Assembly: GCA_002794465.1 (NCBI GenBank)
Contig: MTSL01000054.1
Location: 25,143 to 38,696, forward strand
DNA: 13,554 nucleotides
Direction of reading: 5' to 3'
From: Paramicrosporidium saccamoebae KSL3
Taxonomy: Eukaryota; Fungi; Cryptomycota
Shown piece after piece: positions 8,329 to 13,554 of the stretch (positions within the stretch are counted from its first letter, which is position 1; each line of letters opens with the position of its first letter). The notes below the pieces were generated by a model that was given only the letters and a program-made list of their open reading frames with translations, was not told the DNA's origin and searched no databases. Both the position numbers and the translations under genes were made by a program.

Positions 8329-8761
8329 ATAATTGCAAATAAATATTAGATTCGGCAAACAAATTGTGAGTTCATTGATGAGCCGTTGCTGGCATCTCTG
8401 GTTCATGCTAATGATAAAATCAACATTTACCCACTCATGTCGCGTAGTTAAGAAGATGCCACAGGTAAAGTCGGGCGGGAATAGATGGAAAAACTCGTTC
8501 GCTACCGATCCTAAAATCACAAGGATACAGATCCCACTATTCTTCTCAAACATTCAACTAATCAATCCAGTCCATCTCACAGTTATTTATGATCTCAGTA
8601 AGTCCACTGGCAGCTGATCTGACGAGAATGAACATTCGACTTGGATTCAGATTCAGCTAGTGAAAATTTTGTCCGCACTCTGATTTGCAAGCAAATCGGT
8701 GAAAGACTCATGCCATGCTAAGACTGGTCAATCCAAGGGAGCTAAAGGGATAGAAAGAATT

Positions 8762-8938
8762 ATTGGGCCATTTTCACATTGACGATTGTTCCATTCTCCA
8801 CTAGGGATTGGCCATTGCTCTACAGTAGTAATTGGCCACCTTCCGCCCTGACAATTGGTCGTTCCACAACAACGATTGGTCAATTGTCCACGCCGATGAT
8901 TGGAGGACTTGGAAACACAGGGACAAACAACTATAAAA
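8762..8938 (+). promoter_or_regulatory. Phased array of inverted CCAAT boxes + TATA (LEA-B promoter)
   Basis: ATTGG at 8762, 8807, 8831, 8854, 8875, 8899 and ATTGT at 8785; TATAAAA at 8932, 38 nt before the ATG. Confidence 0.75.
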
Positions 8939-8969
8939 CCACCTCCTGTGCGGTGCCCGTTGTTTCAAC

Positions 8970-9339
8970 ATGTCATCTGGAGGTATGATGGGTGGTCATC
9001 TGGTGCTTAATACAATGTATAGATAAAACTTTTACCGAAACTGCCGCTGAGCGCACTGGCCAAGCCTACGAACAGACCAAGGAGACCCTAGCCAAGGGTG
9101 CCGAGAAAACTAAGGAAGGAGCCATCCAGGCCAAGGACAAGGCGGTCGAACTCAAGGATCAAGCCGTAGAGAAGACCAAGGAGGGAGCAGAGAAGGTCAA
9201 GGACAAGGCGGTTGAACTCAAGGACCAAGCCGCAGAGAGAACCAAGGCGGGAACTGAGAACGCCAAGGAAGGAGCAGCCAAGACCCAGGATCAAGCCGCA
9301 GCGGGGTGGAACAAGGGTAAGCAAGAAGGCGCTAACTAG
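8970..9339 (+). CDS. Group 3 LEA-like protein (LEA-B), 109 aa; join(8970..8982,9023..9339)
   Basis: MSSG|DKTFTETAAERTGQAYEQ..., with 22-mer (2x11) repeats KAVELKDQAVEKTKEGAEKVKD; ends AAAGWNKGKQEGAN. 40-nt intron GTATGA..TAG. Confidence 0.9.
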
Positions 9340-9589
9340 GCGACGCCCAACCAAGCAGAGTCGGAAGTGTAAATAGGTTCAATAAAAAAATCGTGTTCTG
9401 AAGTGAGTCATGCGCCCGAATCAATCAAGTGAATCATGCATCTACGTCAACCAAATGCGTCAATCCAACGTTTATTGTGTTTGGCATGACCAGAACCACG
9501 TCGGTCGTGCGTTAGTCGAGAGATGGAGGGGAAAGTCAAAGACCCACAAGCGGTAGATACTTGGAGAAGTGGTCCTAGTCGGTCCGGCG

Positions 9590-9635
9590 CACGTGATTGG
9601 AGGAAACCGAAACAAGGGGGTAAACATCTATAACA
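9590..9635 (+). promoter_or_regulatory. CACGTG-ATTGG + TATA-like box (LEA-C promoter)
   Basis: CACGTG 9590-9595, ATTGG 9596, TATAACA 9629 (39 nt before ATG). GATTGGAGGA..GAAACA..AAACA.CTATAA is homologous to the LEA-B promoter. Confidence 0.65.
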
Positions 9636-9667
9636 CTGCGACCCCAACGCCCTCTCATTGTTTCATC

Positions 9668-10047
9668 ATGTCATCTGGAGGTAAGCACTGCATACACTTG
9701 ATTTATAATACGATATTTAGATAAAACTAACGTACCCCAAGATCACGGTAAGGCCTGCATCATCACAGCTAACATTCATAGAGCCCTCTCTTCCTGAAAG
9801 ATTCGTTAACTCGGTCAGAGATATAGCCAGTCGCGTTGACTCACACTTAGAGGGTACCGATAAGGACCAACGCACCACTGAAAACGCTGTCGAGTACACG
9901 GGCCCTGTCGATGGACAGGCAAAGGCGGGCTACCCGAAAGGCGCAGATTCAACCAAGGCGCCGGTCGCTGTTGTCAAGGATGATGCCGCACAAGGATACG
10001 CCAAAGGAAAGCAAGAAGGCCACGTGGATGTGGTAAGAAAAAGCTAA
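9668..10047 (+). CDS. Divergent LEA-family paralog (LEA-C), 101 aa; join(9668..9680,9721..9747,9782..10047)
   Basis: Not in the ORF track. First exon ATGTCATCTGGAG is identical to LEA-B. Introns of 40 nt (GTAAGC) and 34 nt (GTAAGG..GCTAAC..TAG). Protein MSSGDKTNVPQDHEPSLPERFVNSVRD...TGPVDGQA...DDAAQGYAKGKQEGHVDVVRKS. Confidence 0.82.
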
Positions 10048-10123
10048 AGCGTGCACTGGTAGCGACTGCAGAAAGAAAAGTAGGTTCAATAAACGTGAAT
10101 TGTTCCTATAAATAAAGTGTAAT

Positions 10124-10260
10124 AGAGTGACTTGCATCAAAGTGAATTGTATTAGGGTGGCTTGTATTAAGGTGAGCTGGTTCAAGTGAATGGTTTCCAT
10201 GCAAGCGGTTCTAGTGTGAATTACTTTGATGTAAATAGTTCCAATGTGAATAGCATTTCT
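10124..10260 (+). repeat. Degenerate 15/30-bp minisatellite downstream of LEA-C
   Basis: GTG-centred units at 10127, 10142, 10157, 10172, 10186 (e.g. AAGTGAATTGTATTA, GGGTGGCTTGTATTA), then GTGAAT at 10216 and 10246. Confidence 0.6.
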
Positions 10261-10504
10261 ATTTTACCATGAGCTAAATTAGGGCTACTTGTGCGCTAAT
10301 CTCCAAAATATTTCAGAACTAAACTATGGCTCGCAACCATTTCAAGAGTTCAGTTGTCGGATTCGCAAGCCAAAGCCCGACAATCCCCTCGGATCGCTGG
10401 AGACACAGAACTTGGCTCTCTGGGCACCGCTGATAGGGAAACTCTGAAACAAGGAGATTGAGACTCATATGGATGCGACTGTAGTAGGGAGCTGATAACC
10501 AAAC

Positions 10505-10922
10505 ATGTCTTCTGAAGGTAACCATCCAAGCATATAATTTCTAATGCAACACATAGATCAGGTTAACACGACCAAAGACCAAAGTAAATCCACAGAGTTA
10601 CAACTAATTTTCAGAGGCCACTCTGCCAGAAAAGGCCAAGGATGCGATTAACGACGTTACCGGGGAAGAAAATGCATCCAAGGACATTCCCGAAAAGGGA
10701 CCGTCTTTAGTAGAAGAAATTGCCGAATTCACGGGACGCCTCTATGGACAAGCAACAACAGTCTTCTCCAAAGGTGCAGAAGCGACGGCAGATGAGACTA
10801 ACAAAATCGCAGCTGAAGTCACCAAAATGAATGACGACGCGGCAAAGGGATGGGCCAAGGGCAAAGAAAAAGGGCACCAAAATGTGGAGGACGGAGAACG
10901 AAGAATGACTCAAGAGGAATGA
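10505..10922 (+). CDS. Divergent LEA-family paralog (LEA-D), 115 aa; join(10505..10517,10557..10583,10615..10922)
   Basis: Not in the ORF track. Same exon sizes as LEA-C (13 + 27 nt); introns of 39 and 31 nt. Protein MSSEDQVNTTKDQKATLPEKAKDAIND...FTGRLYGQATTVFSKGAE...DDAAKGWAKGKEKGHQNVEDGERRMTQEE. Confidence 0.85.
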
Positions 10923-11025
10923 AAATAGGGTAAATAAAGTGTAAAGTGTTCCAACCTAAAACGCGTCTCGGGTTCGACCAATAACGTGTCGATCTAACAG
11001 TTGTGGATATGTGCGCGACAACCCA

Positions 11026-11579
11026 ATGGCACCTGCATCCGACATGAGTGGAACCGCAGCTGCTGAATCCAAAGTCATTGAGAAGCCCGTTAATGTCCCG
11101 GTTGCGGGACAGACTGGGAATCCTGCTACCACTGACCAGCCAGCAATGACCAATTATCTGAACGAATACGTTTCGCAGGCCATTCCCGCTACGAATGAGG
11201 AGCATCAGCAGCCGGCAAAGGATTGTCCCAAAGATTGTCCTAAAGATCGCAAGCCGTTTACACTACGCTCGTTCCTCCATGAGAATGTTAGTCAGGCAAT
11301 CCCCAGGGAAGCGCCACCACGTCGAACAGCGTCAAAGGTAGAGGGACCAGCAGGGTCAGTAGCGCCAGCTAAACCCGCAGAGCCAGAAAAGCCCTTGACG
11401 CAAAAGATTAAAGAAGCATTTACTGGCGGGGAGAAGCAGACAGCCCCACCAAAGGTCGAGGAGAACATCGAAGCGGCAAATGTTGAGAAGGAGGTGGTAA
11501 TGGAAGAGCCAGATGTCCAGGGACCGGGTAAATTTACACCATCTTTATTGACATTATAGATCCTAAGCCCGCAAAGTAG
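11026..11579 (+). CDS. Intrinsically disordered hydrophilin-like protein, ~173 aa; join(11026..11527,11560..11579)
   Basis: P/A/E/K/T-rich. Duplicated motif NYLNEYVSQAIP / SFLHENVSQAIP, KDCP tandem repeat, EKPLTQKIKEAFTGG. A probable 32-nt terminal intron (GTAAAT..TTGAC..TAG) gives the C-terminus PDPKPAK. Confidence 0.8.
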
Positions 11580-11651
11580 TTTCCGACCCAATTTCCAACA
11601 TAAAGTCCAACTTGACGTTGTGTAACATAGCTAAAAGATCAGAGTAAACGA

Positions 11652-12176
11652 CTAAATATTACCAATTTGTTCATCGAGATGGCCGATGGCCACCGGCATT
11701 TCACCCTCCAGAATGGACAGTTGACTTTCGAGCCCGAGGAGCTTGGATCGACAATCGTACATGGCCTCGTCCAGGACAGTATGCGAAATTGATTGAGAAA
11801 TTTGAACACTAGTCACATCCTTGGTATCGGGCTCAGGTTCAGGTTCAGAGGAGAGGTCTAATACGCTACTGGTGGGCACTGCTGCCTCGATGCTCGGCTT
11901 GGGCTCTTCATATTTCATGTTTAATAATCCTTCACGTTGTAGGTTCAATTTTGGCGCATTGGCGGGCTTGAACTCTGGCGGCGGGTCTGCCGAAGCACTA
12001 TTCGATGGAGAGCTGTTGCCCGAATCTGAGGTAGGACCAGAGTCAAAAGATGCTTCTTTCTTGATCAACTCGGCAAATTTTTTCGAAAAATCAAAGCGTG
12101 GCGTGTCCTTTTTTTGTTCGCCAGGTCGCACAGTCTTGAGGACCGGACGATACATGTTCTTTTTGAATTGGTCCAT
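11652..12176 (-). CDS. Uncharacterised protein, 174 aa (basic N-terminus, Ser/Pro-rich middle, C-terminal coiled-coil)
   Basis: ATG 12176, TAG 11652-11654; long open frame filling the gap between the island and SNU114. No family recognised. Confidence 0.7.
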   Translation of the reverse strand: MDQFKKNMYRPVLKTVRPGEQKKDTPRFDFSKKFAELIKKEASFDSGPTSDSGNSSPSNSASADPPPEFKPANAPKLNLQREGLLNMKYEEPKPSIEAAVPTSSVLDLSSEPEPEPDTKDVTSVQISQSISHTVLDEAMYDCRSKLLGLESQLSILEGEMPVAIGHLDEQIGNI

Positions 12177-12239
12177 CCCCACCGCATGATTTATGCGCCG
12201 GAGCTATATAGGTCCATTACCGAAACCCCGGCTGTCTGG

Positions 12240-13554
12240 ATGGAAGAGGACTTGTTCGACGAGTTTGGCAATTATATTGGACCCGAACAACCGGTGGACG
12301 GCGAAGGATACCAAGACTACCCACAAGATGACCAGTTCCAGCCCGATGCCGCTGAAGGTATCGAACATTTCAGTCTCCTTGACATTTTAGAATATACTTT
12401 GGCCAGACAGCAAATAGTCCTGCATGAGGACAAGAAATACTACATGTCTGCTGAGGAGGTTTATGGCCCTGATGTGGAGAATTTGGTGCAAGATGAAGAC
12501 ACCCAGCCTCTAACAGAACCAATTATTGCGCCCATAAAGCTAAAGACATTTCAGCACAAAGGTGAGCCTCTACCCACCACCTATGACAAGGAATTTATGC
12601 TGGGACTGATGGATAATCCCAGTCGTGTCAGGAATCTGGCGATTGTTGGTCATTTGCATCACGGAAAAACGTCGCTCCTCGACGTGTTGGCCACGTCGGG
12701 CCATCCAACAATCCGGATTCCCGAGGGCAAAATGCCTCGGTACATGGACAATTTATTTTTGGAGCAGGATCGAGGCATCACATTGAAGAGTAAACCAATG
12801 ACCACCCTGCTGCCTACGCTGCAAGGGACGTCTATGGTGTTGAATATGATGGACACTCCAGGACACTTGGATTTTGGCGATGAGATGAGCGCGGCAATGA
12901 GGATGGCAGACGGTATTGTTCTTGTTGTAGACGTCGTTGAGGGCCTGATGAGTACGGGCGAGGATCTCATCCAAGCGGCCTTGGCCGGTGGATTGCCCGT
13001 TGTTCTGCTCCTGAACAAGGTTGAACGTCTCATCTTGGAGCTCAAACTGCCCCCAACCGATGCATTCTACAAGCTGCGACATGTGATTGAAGAGATTAAT
13101 ACGGCAATTCAAAAATTTGGAGGTTCTGAGCAGGATTTTGTCTCTCCCGAAAAGGGAAACGTGCTCTTTGCATCCACCATGTCTGGCTGGATATTTTCGC
13201 TTTATTCTTTTGCTTCGGTCTATTTAAAACGGATGGTGCCTGCAGACAAGAGGAAATCTGTGGATGTAGAGGAATTTTCCCGACGTCTTTGGGGAGACTT
13301 ATATTATAGTGTCGAGCAGGGCATATTTAGGAAACGGCCTGTAGAGGGCGCCACCAAACGATCCTTTGTTTCATTCATCCTAGAACCCCTCTACAAGCTG
13401 TATGGACATATTTTGAGTGACGAAAAGGACGAACTAGAGCCAATTTTGACGTCCCTACGGATCAAATTGAAAGAATCCGAATATGGACTGAACACGAAGA
13501 CTGTTGTTCGCATGGTGTTTGGACTGTTCTTGGGAAACTCGGTCAATGCGTTTG
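12240..13554 (+). CDS. SNU114: U5 snRNP GTPase Snu114/EFTUD2, 5' part, truncated by window end; join(12240..12357,12391..>13554)
   Basis: MEEDLFDEFGNYIGPE, VLHEDKKYY..AEEVYGPDVE, DEDTQPLTEPIIAP, G1 GHLHHGKT, EQDRGITLKSKP, DTPGHLDF, NKVERLILELKLPPTDAFYKL, PEKGNVLFAS, RSFVSFILEPLYKL. The frame has no stop before the window end, which explains its absence from the ORF track. Confidence 0.97.
   Translation, partial: MEEDLFDEFGNYIGPEQPVDGEGYQDYPQDDQFQPDAAEGIEHFSLLDILEYTLARQQIVLHEDKKYYMSAEEVYGPDVENLVQDEDTQPLTEPIIAPIKLKTFQHKGEPLPTTYDKEFMLGLMDNPSRVRNLAIVGHLHHGKTSLLDVLATSGHPTIRIPEGKMPRYMDNLFLEQDRGITLKSKPMTTLLPTLQGTSMVLNMMDTPGHLDFGDEMSAAMRMADGIVLVVDVVEGLMSTGEDLIQAALAGGLPVVLLLNKVERLILELKLPPTDAFYKLRHVIEEINTAIQKFGGSEQDFVSPEKGNVLFASTMSGWIFSLYSFASVYLKRMVPADKRKSVDVEEFSRRLWGDLYYSVEQGIFRKRPVEGATKRSFVSFILEPLYKLYGHILSDEKDELEPILTSLRIKLKESEYGLNTKTVVRMVFGLFLGNSVNAF

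Noticed and set aside
7947-9354. Hydrophobic minus-strand ORFs opposite LEA-A and LEA-B
   Set aside because: Expected stop-free antisense shadows of K/E/A-rich repetitive CDS.
10291-10460. Possible extra small gene (intron-like GTGCGCTAAT..TTTCAG followed by an open hydrophilic frame to TGA)
   Set aside because: No in-frame ATG exon or promoter could be found upstream.

Overview
Gene-dense eukaryotic DNA (standard code, 18 predicted GT-AG introns of 28-40 nt, intergenic gaps often under 110 bp). This fits a reduced fungal-related genome such as a Rozellomycota/early microsporidian relative; the taxon is my inference. The left half and right end hold housekeeping genes: V-ATPase subunit E, TRAPPC13, proteasome beta-3, TMEM222/RTE1-like, tRNA-His(GTG), ARFRP1/Arl3 and the 5' part of SNU114/EFTUD2, plus three uncharacterised ORFs, one with a signal peptide. 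Between ARFRP1 and SNU114 lies a ~5 kb island (6593-11579) of seven co-oriented small hydrophilic genes, largely missed by the ORF track because of mini-introns and short length. It has two paralogous 52/61-aa peptides sharing an RDSRNF motif, four tandem paralogs of a LEA-like family ending in A-x-x-G-[WY]-x-K-G-K (two with classic 11-mer repeats), and a disordered protein with a dehydrin K-segment-like stretch. Most island genes have CCAAT+TATA promoters, including a ~23-bp-phased CCAAT array and a triplicated promoter module. The best interpretation is a co-regulated desiccation/spore-dormancy island (function inferred, not shown).
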